Both the position numbers and the translations under genes were made by a program. The notes under the pieces are model-generated. The model did no database searches, was not told the origin of the DNA, and was given only the letters and a program-made list of their open reading frames with translations. Source: a plasmid. From it: a stretch of DNA of 64,000 nucleotides. The stretch is taken from sequence record NZ_CP110904.1, one strand, 5' to 3'. Below, in pieces: positions 1 through 9,789 of this stretch (the stretch's first letter is position 1; every line of letters begins with the position of its first letter).

Positions 1-2674
1 AGGAACCAAAACCAGTACAGGAGAGCTATTCAGCTCAGAGCAGAAGCACAGTGATATTCAGTTTAATTCCGGTGGCCGGTATGGAGATGAGGATGGATTC
101 ATCAATGACATCAAAAATCGAAAAAGTCAGCTGTTTGAAGCGCAGAGTTACGATGGGGTTGCCTACCGTACACTGGTGAATGCAAATAAAGACAACCCAG
201 CATCTAATATTAAACCTAACGACCCTATGTTCAATGCTGGCCGAAATGAAATTGGTAATGCTGTAGCCGGTACAGGCAACTGGCTACAGAGTTGCAATAC
301 GGAAACAAAAAAACAAACTATTACTACGCACTATCCAGATTATAAAGAGTTTTACTGCAACTCACCCAAGAAAGATAACTTTAATAGTTGCACAATAACT
401 CGTGATTTTTCCGTACCTGTTTATATCTCAGGTGGTAATGGTGATATGTCTATGTGCGGGGATAATTGTGTGAGGGTCTGGTTCGGCAGAAGAGACGACA
501 ACTATTGGAACGATGGAGTATATGACAACTCATTAACCTTAAAATTTCATCCTGATGCAAAGCTTGCAACTGCGAAAATAATTAATGCAGAGTGGGATGA
601 TCATATGAGGGTCACGCTTGATGGAACGCAGATTTTTGCTCACATAGATGGAGAATATAGAAGTAGCAATTATCCATCACCACAAGGGCCATGGGAGCTG
701 AAAAAATCATGGAAGCTTGACAAAGTCTACGATATTACCGACCAGGTAAGAAACTCTGTATATCAGGAGGTGGACCGTGAAGTGACAATGGCGTCACGTG
801 TTTGGGTAGGTGGCGGTGGGGAAGGCTATTTTGAAGTTGAGCTGACTTTTGAAAATATGAAGCTGGAGGATAAACATATACAGGAACCCGCAGGTTGTTT
901 TGATGCAGTACAAACGCCGAATTCATTCTGTCGGTTTGACCGGTTTGTGAACATGGATGTCGGTACAAAGCGGCTCCCGGAAACTGTGCTTAAAATGGCC
1001 ACACCGCTTTATAAAGGCGATACCGGGTTCTTAACCTGGAAAACAAACCTTGAAGGTTACTTCTGTGATCCCCTGGCGAAGGAAAAGCTGTGCTCATATG
1101 ATGCGAAGGGAAACATCATGAAAGACGCCGCAGGAAAAGACCTCTGCTACAACTACGACGACATTAAAAATATGCCTGACGCTTGCGGCACATATAAAAA
1201 TGATGCTGCGTGTGTGCTCGATACACAGACTTGTGCAGAAGGTTGGTTCGATGAAGGCACAAATACATGCTACATGTATGAGCAGAAATATACGTGTGAC
1301 AGAGGTAAGGACGTCGTCAGAGAGGTAGAGTCACAGACTAACGCCTGTGTAGGTATGATCCCATGTTCTGGTGGAACATGCGAAACCGGCCCAAAAGAGG
1401 AAAACAATGATTTTGGGAAAGTGGCCGCGTACTCAAACATGGTTCAGTACATGCAGGGTGAGGCAAAATGCGAAGATCCCAACGACCCTAATTCCTGCTC
1501 CGTCTTTGAGGGGAAAGCAGAATGGTGCGGCAGGTCCGTTGGTTTTGTGAACGGGCTGGCCAAAACAGATTGCTGCGAACAGCCACAGGGTACCGCTGGC
1601 TCACTAGAGGCGATTATGCTGGCTGGGTCGATGATCCGAAACACGAACTGGACACGAGTGAATGCTCAGCTGGTAAGCTGGACCGGTGGGGAGAGTGGAA
1701 CCTGGGCTTCAATGGCTAACTCGGTTGGTGAATGGACAGCATCGGCAGGTAAAACTGTTGGTCAGATGTGGAACAATGTCACCAGTTCGCTAACCAGCGT
1801 CTACGAAAATGTGGCCGGTAACCTTGGGCGAACAGTAGGTTCATCCACTGCTGGTGGAAGTGGTCAACTTGCTAAGGAGACAATGAGCTCTTTCGGGCTT
1901 GGTACCCTTAAGAAGATGGCCATGGAAAAAGCATATGACTTGCTTCCCGATACAGTAAGGGACTTCGTTTTTAAAAATGTAGCGACAACGGGTGGCGAAG
2001 TAGTCTTTTCAGCAGCAATTCAAAACTTTATGCTTGCATTAAATGTCATTGGCTGGATTTATACCGCATATCAAATAACAAAAATGTTGCTTGAAATGCT
2101 TGTGGCCTGTGATCAAAAAGAAATGGAAGCGTCTATTCATAAAAATCAGAAATCCTGTTTCACACTGGATACTGAACGCTGTGTTAAATATCTCAATATG
2201 GGATTTACAAAGAAGTGTGTTAAAAAAGCAACAGACATGTGCTGCTACAATTCAATGTTATCTCGCGTGATTATGCAGCAGGCGTATCCTCAACTTGGAA
2301 TAGATCCGGTTGCTTCGAGTTGCGTTGGATTATCAATTAGTCAAATACAGAGATTAGATTTTGATAAGATCGATTTAACTGAATGGATTAACGATGCCGT
2401 CCAGGTCGGAGAAGTTCCTGATCAGTACGCTACATTCTCCGAGTCATCGATAACAGAAAATTCGCCATTTAAAAATGAAAATTACCAACTTCCATCCCAA
2501 AGAACGAAAGAATCAATGGGTGGTGAGGATAATATGATAAAAGCTAGACAGGAAAATAATCAGGCAATTAAAGAGGAGAATGTGGACTGTAGCTATCTAC
2601 CACGGCCCGCGATTTGTGAAGTTGGGTCAACTTATGTAGACCCAATTACTGGGAAGGAATTACCAAAATACTAA
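1..2674 (+). CDS. Large Cys-rich exported protein, probable F-type mating-pair stabilisation protein (TraN-like); 5' end lies upstream of the window
   Basis: Frame 2 is open from nt 2 with no stop before the first Met at 176. Dozens of Cys, including CC doublets (TDCCEQPQ, DMCCYNSMLSRVIMQQAYPQLG), which I recall as TraN-like. Convergent lipoprotein gene and shared hairpin terminator downstream. Confidence 0.5.
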   Translation, partial: GTKTSTGELFSSEQKHSDIQFNSGGRYGDEDGFINDIKNRKSQLFEAQSYDGVAYRTLVNANKDNPASNIKPNDPMFNAGRNEIGNAVAGTGNWLQSCNTETKKQTITTHYPDYKEFYCNSPKKDNFNSCTITRDFSVPVYISGGNGDMSMCGDNCVRVWFGRRDDNYWNDGVYDNSLTLKFHPDAKLATAKIINAEWDDHMRVTLDGTQIFAHIDGEYRSSNYPSPQGPWELKKSWKLDKVYDITDQVRNSVYQEVDREVTMASRVWVGGGGEGYFEVELTFENMKLEDKHIQEPAGCFDAVQTPNSFCRFDRFVNMDVGTKRLPETVLKMATPLYKGDTGFLTWKTNLEGYFCDPLAKEKLCSYDAKGNIMKDAAGKDLCYNYDDIKNMPDACGTYKNDAACVLDTQTCAEGWFDEGTNTCYMYEQKYTCDRGKDVVREVESQTNACVGMIPCSGGTCETGPKEENNDFGKVAAYSNMVQYMQGEAKCEDPNDPNSCSVFEGKAEWCGRSVGFVNGLAKTDCCEQPQGTAGSLEAIMLAGSMIRNTNWTRVNAQLVSWTGGESGTWASMANSVGEWTASAGKTVGQMWNNVTSSLTSVYENVAGNLGRTVGSSTAGGSGQLAKETMSSFGLGTLKKMAMEKAYDLLPDTVRDFVFKNVATTGGEVVFSAAIQNFMLALNVIGWIYTAYQITKMLLEMLVACDQKEMEASIHKNQKSCFTLDTERCVKYLNMGFTKKCVKKATDMCCYNSMLSRVIMQQAYPQLGIDPVASSCVGLSISQIQRLDFDKIDLTEWINDAVQVGEVPDQYATFSESSITENSPFKNENYQLPSQRTKESMGGEDNMIKARQENNQAIKEENVDCSYLPRPAICEVGSTYVDPITGKELPKY

Positions 2675-2679
2675 ATGTA

Positions 2680-2702
2680 GGGGCTGTAAAGCCCCTTTAT
2701 TT
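2680..2702. terminator. Bidirectional rho-independent terminator (GGGGCT-GTAA-AGCCCC plus T-run) between the convergent genes
   Basis: Perfect 6-bp GC stem at 2680-2695 followed by TTTATTTTTATTTT. It sits between the stop of the + gene (2674) and the stop of the - gene (2703). Confidence 0.6.
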
Positions 2703-3575
2703 TTATTTTGCTTTAAGAGTTTTTTCAGGGAAACCCTTCTGACCATATTCTCCTGCGAAAAGATAATAATCTTTACCGTTAATAGATGCAGCAACGCCAC
2801 CTGGGGTAGTGAATTTTGGACTGTCAGAACGGAAAATAATACCTGAGAAGTTAGTACTAGATTCATTGCCTTTAAATGGAATGAATACGTAACGAACTAC
2901 TGAATAATCACCGGCAGGTAGATTAAGTTGAGGGATTTCAGATCCAGACGCTGGGCGAATAACCTGGAAGCTGTACATGGACTTAGTCGGCATTACGTCG
3001 GCAGCTGGCTTTGAAGGGAGGTCGCAGGTACTCCATTTATTCATCACTGCCATATCAATCTTGCATGAAGCCAGAGCCGCACTTTGCTTCGAAGGATTGA
3101 ACCCGAGTGCCACCTGTGACTCTTTGGTGTGATTATAAACATATGCAGCACCGGCACGTACTAAGCTTTCATCGTTATAAGGAAGTTTTTTAGGGTTCGG
3201 GACAAAGACGACGTATTGGTTAACCTGGATATATTCAGCGTCAGAGGAGCTGTACATTGATCCCAAACTCATAATACTTAATCCACTGAGCCCTCCTGTA
3301 ACATAGCCCATAGAGCCACTAATTAGCAGTTTGGAAAGCAAGTTATCTGCATCGCCACCCGGCTGGACTGTTTCTTCATTAAAAGTAACGTCAAAACCGG
3401 CCAAAGAGTAAGCATTTTTGGCTACCGAGTCTTTAGAATTAGCATGCCAGTAGAGCCCATGAGTGTCGCTGTGCTGTGCAGAATTCGGGGTTTTACCAGC
3501 ATCCCGGGCACAACCAACCAGCGATGCACTGGCAACAAAAGCAGAAACCAGAGATACAAAACGTTTAGTTTTCAT
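2703..3575 (-). CDS. Lipoprotein of unknown function (290 aa)
   Basis: N-terminus MKTKRFVSLVSAFVASASLVGC is a signal peptide with a lipobox. SD AAGAAGGG lies 7 nt upstream of the ATG. No recognisable catalytic motif. Confidence 0.6.
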   Translation of the reverse strand: MKTKRFVSLVSAFVASASLVGCARDAGKTPNSAQHSDTHGLYWHANSKDSVAKNAYSLAGFDVTFNEETVQPGGDADNLLSKLLISGSMGYVTGGLSGLSIMSLGSMYSSSDAEYIQVNQYVVFVPNPKKLPYNDESLVRAGAAYVYNHTKESQVALGFNPSKQSAALASCKIDMAVMNKWSTCDLPSKPAADVMPTKSMYSFQVIRPASGSEIPQLNLPAGDYSVVRYVFIPFKGNESSTNFSGIIFRSDSPKFTTPGGVAASINGKDYYLFAGEYGQKGFPEKTLKAK

Positions 3576-3757
3576 TTGAGACCCTTCTTTGAATGATTTT
3601 TTTGTCTAGAAGCATTATTTCATACTCGTCAGTTTCTCAAACAACCAAAATGCAGAAAAAATGAAAAAATGTGAAGCGAACAAAAACCAGTCTTGTAAAG
3701 AAAAATCCCTCTAAATTAAATCGTATAATCAGTGGGACTAAATATTCAGAGGCTTTT

Positions 3758-5566
3758 ATGGGTAAACCAACAGATGAGCAAAGGGTCATCATTGAAAATG
3801 CAAACGCAAATAATATGGTTATTGCAGCACCAGGGTCTGGGAAGTCATTTACGATGATCGAGGCTGTGATCTCAATCCTCAGGCAGTTCCCATATGCCAA
3901 GGTTGGAATGGTCACATTTACTCGCGCTGCAACAAATTCATTGGCTGAAAAGCTGAAAAGTCGGTTAAGTAAAAAAGACCAGGATAGGGTGCTGGTAAAT
4001 ACTTTCCACGGCTTTATCCGGATGCAACTGGACATGGTCAACTGGAAGGGCAAGATGCTGATTAGCTCGGCACAGCGTTCTGTAATTCATCGTGCGTTAA
4101 AGGAGTCAGGCGCGCCTTTCCGTTACCCGGAAGCTGAATTTGCTATTGATGCGATTGGAAGGGAAATGGATACAGACATCATTTCAGTTCGCCATACGCG
4201 TCAACAAACCCACTTGTTCAACACATACCAGGCAATATGTCAGAAAGACCACGTAGCTGACTTAAATGCACTCTCACGTTTTGTCGTGGGCCAGATGCAC
4301 TCAGGAAAAATGCAGCCACTAAATTTGACGCATTTAGTTGTAGATGAGGTGCAAGACACCGACTCGATTCAGTATGCCTGGATCGCACTACATACAAGGG
4401 GTGGTGTTAACACGAGCATCGTAGGGGATGATGATCAGGCAATCTATTCTTTCAGGGCCTCCGGCGGGGTAAAAATATTCCAGCAATTTGAAAAACAATT
4501 CAGGCCAAACATATTTTATCTAAATACCTGTTTCAGGTGTGAACCAGAAATTCTTAAGGTTGCAGGGGCATTGATTGAAAAAAATGTTTACAGATACGTT
4601 AAGGATCTGCGTTCAGCTAAAAGTGGTGGTGGAAAAGTTAATTTCCGCTCATATGTTGATATGGATGAACAGATTCAAGGCATCCTCAATCTAATTAACC
4701 AAGACCCAAATGGCTGGGCAATCCTTAGCAGAGGTAATGCACATCTTGATCAGCTTGAAAGCCTCATAGAGCAGCCGGTTCTTCGTTATGGAGGCAAGTC
4801 CTTTTGGGATGAGAAAGAGACGAGCGACGTACTGCATCTGATGGCTTTCTTTCGGCAGTCCAACGATGTTCGATTAATGAAGAGGGTGCTGGCGCTTTTC
4901 GGTGAAAATGAAGAAGTTTTGGATCAAACAGCATTTAGCATGAAAGGGAGAAAAGTAACTTTTGGTGAACTGAGCATCCCAGATGCAAGTTCCCTGGAAA
5001 CAAGAACACTTCACTCAAACTTCACCCGGTTTACACAGGAGACTCGGGATAAAGTTGAAATCGAAAAGCGCTTCGCAAATCTGATTAAATGGATGGAATT
5101 GTCATCAATAAAAATGAGGACTCAGAAAGGTTCACCTTCACTGACACGAATTGCGTTAGATACCTGTAAGCAATGGGCTGAGAAAAATGGCTGGCAAAAC
5201 ATGATAAATCGAGCTGCGGCGATGTGTTTGGGGCCTAAAAAGAAGGATGAGGAATATACGCCGGATAAAGTAGTTTTATCGACATTGCATGGTTCGAAGG
5301 GGCTAGAATGGAAAAAAGTCATTATTATGAGTTGCAATGCTGACCAGATCCCAAGCAAGAGATCAGTGGGGCAGGAAGCGATTGAAGAAGAGAGAAGACT
5401 TCTATTTGTAGGATTTACACGAGCAGAACAACAGCTGCATGTAATGTGGTACGGTGATCCGTCCTTCTTTTTAAGCGAATGCGCCGAAGAAAAATTGAAA
5501 GAGGCAGCGAATATGAGAATAGAATCAAATTTAACAGAAGAATTTTCCAATCAGTATTTACAATAA
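3758..5566 (+). CDS. UvrD/PcrA-family SF1 DNA helicase (ORF-track start 3671; ATG at 3758 preferred)
   Basis: Walker A IAAPGSGKSF about 25 aa after the 3758 Met, DExx-like LVVDEVQDTD, and a C-terminal motif VI-like STLHGSKGLEWKKVII. TATAAT at 3724-3729 upstream. Confidence 0.8.
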   Translation: MGKPTDEQRVIIENANANNMVIAAPGSGKSFTMIEAVISILRQFPYAKVGMVTFTRAATNSLAEKLKSRLSKKDQDRVLVNTFHGFIRMQLDMVNWKGKMLISSAQRSVIHRALKESGAPFRYPEAEFAIDAIGREMDTDIISVRHTRQQTHLFNTYQAICQKDHVADLNALSRFVVGQMHSGKMQPLNLTHLVVDEVQDTDSIQYAWIALHTRGGVNTSIVGDDDQAIYSFRASGGVKIFQQFEKQFRPNIFYLNTCFRCEPEILKVAGALIEKNVYRYVKDLRSAKSGGGKVNFRSYVDMDEQIQGILNLINQDPNGWAILSRGNAHLDQLESLIEQPVLRYGGKSFWDEKETSDVLHLMAFFRQSNDVRLMKRVLALFGENEEVLDQTAFSMKGRKVTFGELSIPDASSLETRTLHSNFTRFTQETRDKVEIEKRFANLIKWMELSSIKMRTQKGSPSLTRIALDTCKQWAEKNGWQNMINRAAAMCLGPKKKDEEYTPDKVVLSTLHGSKGLEWKKVIIMSCNADQIPSKRSVGQEAIEEERRLLFVGFTRAEQQLHVMWYGDPSFFLSECAEEKLKEAANMRIESNLTEEFSNQYLQ

Positions 5567-5939
5567 TGACTCTATGTTGTATAAGAATATTGAGCTTTGT
5601 ATTATCGCTCCCACATTTCAAGTAACTGACAAAAGTTACTTTGCGCATTAAGCGCGGATTCAGCCGTGAAAAGCGGCCAGCTTACTTAAGCTGCAAGGCA
5701 CCACCGGCAAAATGTCACCTTTGTCGCTGGTGCCTTTCCTATGCCCGTAAAAAGGCAAACCGAATTTACCAAATCGTAACTAATTTAGCTCTTGATTGAG
5801 CTATTTTCGTTGCGTACTTCTAATGCCAGAAAGTATAAATCAGGCGGTTCATAGCTTACGGGAGATGAATGACAGGCTTTGCCTTTGTGTTGGAATATTC
5901 CATTATTCCTTCCTTCTTACTATATATAGGTGACCCCAA

Positions 5940-6815
5940 ATGTCTAAAAGCAAAGCACGCAGTAAAGCCCTTCTTCTGGCCTTCGCCGATCTGATTCCGG
6001 ATATGGACAAGGCAGTTAACAAGAAGTTATTGGAATCTCTGATTATTTACTCAGGGCATGATAATGACCTTATTGTTATTTTGAATGAAGACGGACCAAC
6101 TATAATTGAACTGAACTCTTTAAAATCGGTTTCTATGCTGGCCCAAAAGCTTTCAGCTTTTTCAACTTATTATCATGTAGAAATGCAGCAAATTCATGTC
6201 AATCCAATTGACTTTGAGAAGGCTTATAAGCTACTCAAAGAAGCACCTGCAATTCCCATGTTTAAAACTTTAGCTGAACTGGATAAGTTTTTAAATGAAG
6301 AGTTTGAAAAGTATGGGTTGAACACATTCCTTGATGTGGATGACCTAGATTATTCACTCGATAAATCCAGAGAGTTAAAAAATGATCAGTTGATTGCCTG
6401 GGTTTCTGAAATTATTGTGAAGCGCGATAAATTAGCATTGCGTAATCGCTTTAATGAAGTGACAAAGGCACATTATGAAACTGTAGATGCATTGTATGCA
6501 GCCGTCCGTCCCTTAATGAAAGAATTAGGTTTTCCTGATGAACTCATGCTACATACCTTTAGTGAATTGAGCGTTTTCGATTCCAAAGGCTGGGACCATG
6601 CTATCAAATCTAAAATTGAATTTCTCACAAAACGAGAAGCGCAATATTTAGATGACAAAATGAAGGCAGAAAAACGGCAGTTAACAATTGATGAACTTTT
6701 GACTCAAGCCAATAGCGCTAAAACAGCTAAAGAACCAAGACCTTTTGGTCAGACGTTTTGTTTTGCTGTTCTTGGCATGATGTCATTGATGTTCATTGTA
6801 AATAAATTTATTTAA
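5940..6815 (+). CDS. Hypothetical protein (291 aa) with a C-terminal hydrophobic helix
   Basis: Long ORF with consistent codon usage. It is the first gene of the co-directional train, and a 370-bp AT-rich leader lies upstream. The C-terminus FCFAVLGMMSLMFIVNKFI is hydrophobic. Confidence 0.55.
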   Translation: MSKSKARSKALLLAFADLIPDMDKAVNKKLLESLIIYSGHDNDLIVILNEDGPTIIELNSLKSVSMLAQKLSAFSTYYHVEMQQIHVNPIDFEKAYKLLKEAPAIPMFKTLAELDKFLNEEFEKYGLNTFLDVDDLDYSLDKSRELKNDQLIAWVSEIIVKRDKLALRNRFNEVTKAHYETVDALYAAVRPLMKELGFPDELMLHTFSELSVFDSKGWDHAIKSKIEFLTKREAQYLDDKMKAEKRQLTIDELLTQANSAKTAKEPRPFGQTFCFAVLGMMSLMFIVNKFI

Positions 6816-6873
6816 TCCTGTTAAGGGGGAACCCTGACAGGGCTTCTCTTTGATTAAAATGAGGAGAGAAGAA

Positions 6874-7251
6874 ATGTCACATCTTGAATATGTTAATGAA
6901 GTTAAAGTGTCCGGGATAGTTATCAGTGCAATGGAGAAAGAAATGACTGACGGTAACGTTGGGTTATTAATAAAGCTCAAAAACAGAATGAAGACTGAAA
7001 TTAATGGTGAAATCGCTGAGAGAGAATTTTCTATTCAAATCAAAGTGTCACCAGAAATGTATTCAGGCTGTTTCACTGGTATAAATCAAGGTGATGAGTT
7101 AATGGTCTCCGGTTATCTTGTTGTGGATATTGTCACGTTGGAAGGGAGAGAGCACCCTCTTGACTACATGAGAGTCGTTGCAACAAGTAAGTTAGCTCAC
7201 ATACCTAAACCCCCCAAGGGTTTTGGGCAAAGTAGCTTTAGACAGATCTGA
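6874..7251 (+). CDS. Hypothetical protein (125 aa)
   Basis: SD GAGGAGAG precedes the ATG at 6874. The ORF track offers 6850. Confidence 0.5.
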   Translation: MSHLEYVNEVKVSGIVISAMEKEMTDGNVGLLIKLKNRMKTEINGEIAEREFSIQIKVSPEMYSGCFTGINQGDELMVSGYLVVDIVTLEGREHPLDYMRVVATSKLAHIPKPPKGFGQSSFRQI

Positions 7252-7262
7252 CATTTAAACCA

Positions 7263-7310
7263 CCCTAAAGGGGAGAAATCCCTTCATGGGAGATCTCCCT
7301 TTGGAGGCCC
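7263..7310 (+). repeat. Structured intergenic repeat, copy (CCCTAAAGGGG / GGGAGAAATCCC / CCCTTCATGGG / GGGAGATCTCCC)
   Basis: Overlapping CCC-N4-GGG mini-palindromes immediately 5' of the ATG at 7312. Confidence 0.7.
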
Positions 7311-7311
7311 C

Positions 7312-8298
7312 ATGAAACAAAAAATTAGCTCGACATCATTTATTGGTAAACAAATGGATTTTTTCTCTATATTCGATTTTGAAGAAGAGGAAAATGAAAT
7401 AATACCCATAGTTGAGTCTCCGCTTGAATATATAAATAATGCAATAGCCCAAAAGCAAAGCATGCAATCAGAAGAAAAACATTCTGTCCCGGAACTGGTG
7501 CCTCATGTGTCGGATGATGTTGCATTGCTAGGTCATTGTTCCAAATTACTCAACAATCAAATTCTGCATGGAATTAGTTTTGCTTCTGAAACTGATTATC
7601 TCTTCACTTTAGAAGAATACAATGCAGAATTAGGTGGTCTGGTTATCGACTGGGCTCCTGAAGATGTATATCAGTTATACGTCGTCGCAATGGAAGAGTC
7701 GTTGGAAAACGTTAAATATCTTGTCTTTACAAAATCACTCTATACAACTGATGAATTCGGAAATATCAAAGTGAATCCGCTTCTTGAAGCAGAAACACGT
7801 TGGTATATGTCGCAGTCATTTGAGCTTACATGTGCCACTCATGGTATAGATGCTATTGAGTTTAGGTCAGAGCTTAAAAAAAGCTTGTATGAATACACGC
7901 ACAGTTTTGAAAGTGAAAATGTTAAATTATCTCAATATCATCAGGATAAAGAGATTATTTTGCATGATTGTAAAGAAGATATGGGATGGGATATCTTTTT
8001 CGACCGTGACTATTTATTGGCAGAAAATAAACTGGCAGTAAAATGGACTGATCGGGATATAATGGATGTCTATTCTAAAGCATTTAAATCAACAATTAAT
8101 TTGTTTGAAAAACTTGTCGTAAATAACAAGTTAACATTAAGGGATACATCAGGTTGGGTTATCGTAAACCCTACATTTGAGCGCCAGTTCGAATGGATTG
8201 AATCTGAAGTATTCGAAATTGTAGGGACTCATCTTGGTTACAACGTTGATGCTATCAGAAAACAGATGGTTACAGCGTGTAAGATGACCTTCAACTAA
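7312..8298 (+). CDS. Hypothetical protein (328 aa) with an acidic N-terminus
   Basis: ORF directly downstream of structured repeat copy 7263-7310. No recognisable domain. Confidence 0.55.
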   Translation: MKQKISSTSFIGKQMDFFSIFDFEEEENEIIPIVESPLEYINNAIAQKQSMQSEEKHSVPELVPHVSDDVALLGHCSKLLNNQILHGISFASETDYLFTLEEYNAELGGLVIDWAPEDVYQLYVVAMEESLENVKYLVFTKSLYTTDEFGNIKVNPLLEAETRWYMSQSFELTCATHGIDAIEFRSELKKSLYEYTHSFESENVKLSQYHQDKEIILHDCKEDMGWDIFFDRDYLLAENKLAVKWTDRDIMDVYSKAFKSTINLFEKLVVNNKLTLRDTSGWVIVNPTFERQFEWIESEVFEIVGTHLGYNVDAIRKQMVTACKMTFN

Positions 8299-8357
8299 TA
8301 TGCCACTGGCAAACATCTGCCAGCGGGCGGTGTTTGCATTTTACCGGAGTTTTAAAA

Positions 8358-9410
8358 ATGACTAACGCCGCAACTATATTAGAAACCGAAAATTCATTAC
8401 TGGAAGAAAATATTGGTAATCTGTTACCCGCAAATGTTATATCTACAAAAGCATATGCGAATAAGGAACAATATTACCTGGTTAAGGCCAAAGATTTGTT
8501 TGGTATTCCTGAAATGTCCGAGGATATGATAGTTCCAGTATTTAAACGTTTATCTCCACATCGTGCAAACCTGAATAAGGATTATATACCGAATGCTCGT
8601 ATACTTGAGCAAGTAGTACAATTGCTCGTAAGTAACGATATAGATTTAAGTGTATGCCTGAAAGGGGAGTCTGGTTCTGGTAAGACTGAAATGGCAATGT
8701 ACATTAGCCATATGCTGAATTGGCCGCTAACCATAAAGCAAATCAACAGTAATATTCGTGCTGATGAACTTGAAGGTGAGCGTAGTCTCATTAACGGAAA
8801 CACCAGTTTTGTGCCCAGCGAGCTTGTAACGGCGTTTCAGGAAGGCCACCTCATTCTTCTGGATGAAGTGGACAAGATTGACCCTGATACCGCCGCGAAG
8901 CTGCATATGCCTATAGAGCGTAAGCCCTGGTCACTAGCCGCCAACGGTGGCGAAGTGGTTAATGCCAATAAGTTTACGCGGTTTATGGGTACAGCAAACA
9001 CAAACATGAGTGGGGGATCTCGTAAGTTCGTTTCATCACAGCGGCAGGATGCAGCGTTTATTAAACGCTTCCTGATTGTGGAGATGGAAAGGCCTTCAGA
9101 GGTTGCATTAACCAACGTTTTGCTTAAACGCTACAATAGCCTGCCTATGCTGGTAATTGAAAAATTCGTTTCGGTAGCCGTTGCAGTAAACAACATAGGA
9201 ACTGAAGACAGTGTAATGGATATTCGTCAGCTTGTGGCATGGGTTGGAACGTCGATGACGTTAAAGACCATGTCCTTACTGGATACGTTTAAAATTGCTT
9301 TTGCGTCGGCTCTGCCTGCACATGCCAGTGGTATGGTGCTGGAAGCCATCGATTTAAAACTCGGTGACGATAAGAACCGTACAATGGAGTATTACACTGC
9401 AAAAAAGTAG
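8358..9410 (+). CDS. MoxR/CbbQ/CobS-like AAA+ ATPase
   Basis: Walker A GESGSGKTEMAMYISHML, Walker B ILLDEVDKIDPDTAAKLH, and a sensor-like FIKRFLIVEMERP. SD GGAG precedes the ATG at 8358 (track 8334). Confidence 0.8.
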   Translation: MTNAATILETENSLLEENIGNLLPANVISTKAYANKEQYYLVKAKDLFGIPEMSEDMIVPVFKRLSPHRANLNKDYIPNARILEQVVQLLVSNDIDLSVCLKGESGSGKTEMAMYISHMLNWPLTIKQINSNIRADELEGERSLINGNTSFVPSELVTAFQEGHLILLDEVDKIDPDTAAKLHMPIERKPWSLAANGGEVVNANKFTRFMGTANTNMSGGSRKFVSSQRQDAAFIKRFLIVEMERPSEVALTNVLLKRYNSLPMLVIEKFVSVAVAVNNIGTEDSVMDIRQLVAWVGTSMTLKTMSLLDTFKIAFASALPAHASGMVLEAIDLKLGDDKNRTMEYYTAKK

Positions 9411-9448
9411 TTATAGATGGGACGAGTTATCAGAAGGCTGAATGCCTT

Positions 9449-9718
9449 GTGACAGACTTTGCTCATCTTTCGTTTTACGGTTTTTTGAGTGCAGACGGGG
9501 ATGAAACTTTCGCGATTGCACAGGAAGGAAATCAATATATAGGTCTTAAGCAGCACAATAATGATTTTTCATTTATTTGTTATCAAGATTGTGACAAAGA
9601 TATGGAAGCCATGATTAAGGGCCTTGAATCAAAAGGATTCATGTATCAAGGAAGTATTCAATCGACGTCTGTCGAGAGTGAATTTCCTGGAATTCTTTTA
9701 ACAACACTTGAGAAGTAA
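9449..9718 (+). CDS. Small hypothetical protein (89 aa, GTG start)
   Basis: ORF only. Weak SD. Confidence 0.35.
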   Translation: MTDFAHLSFYGFLSADGDETFAIAQEGNQYIGLKQHNNDFSFICYQDCDKDMEAMIKGLESKGFMYQGSIQSTSVESEFPGILLTTLEK

Positions 9719-9727
9719 TAATCTTAA

Positions 9728-9766
9728 CCCTATCGGGAAATCTTTCCCGACAGGGAGGTTTTCCCA
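9728..9766 (+). repeat. Structured intergenic repeat, copy (CCCTATCGGG-AAATCTTTCCCGACAGGGAGG-TTTTCCC)
   Basis: 5' CCC-N4-GGG hairpin, then an outer stem GGGAAA/TTTCCC enclosing a second CCC-N4-GGG. Confidence 0.7.
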
Positions 9767-9789
9767 TTTTTTTAATCTGGAGAAAACCT

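Noticed and set aside
1-2674. Alternative reading of the first gene as an Rhs/YD-repeat toxin or adhesin
   Set aside because: No YD or RHS repeats or PAAR-like motifs are visible. The high Cys content, CC doublets, export context and the conjugation-style neighbourhood fit TraN-like proteins better, though the call remains moderate.
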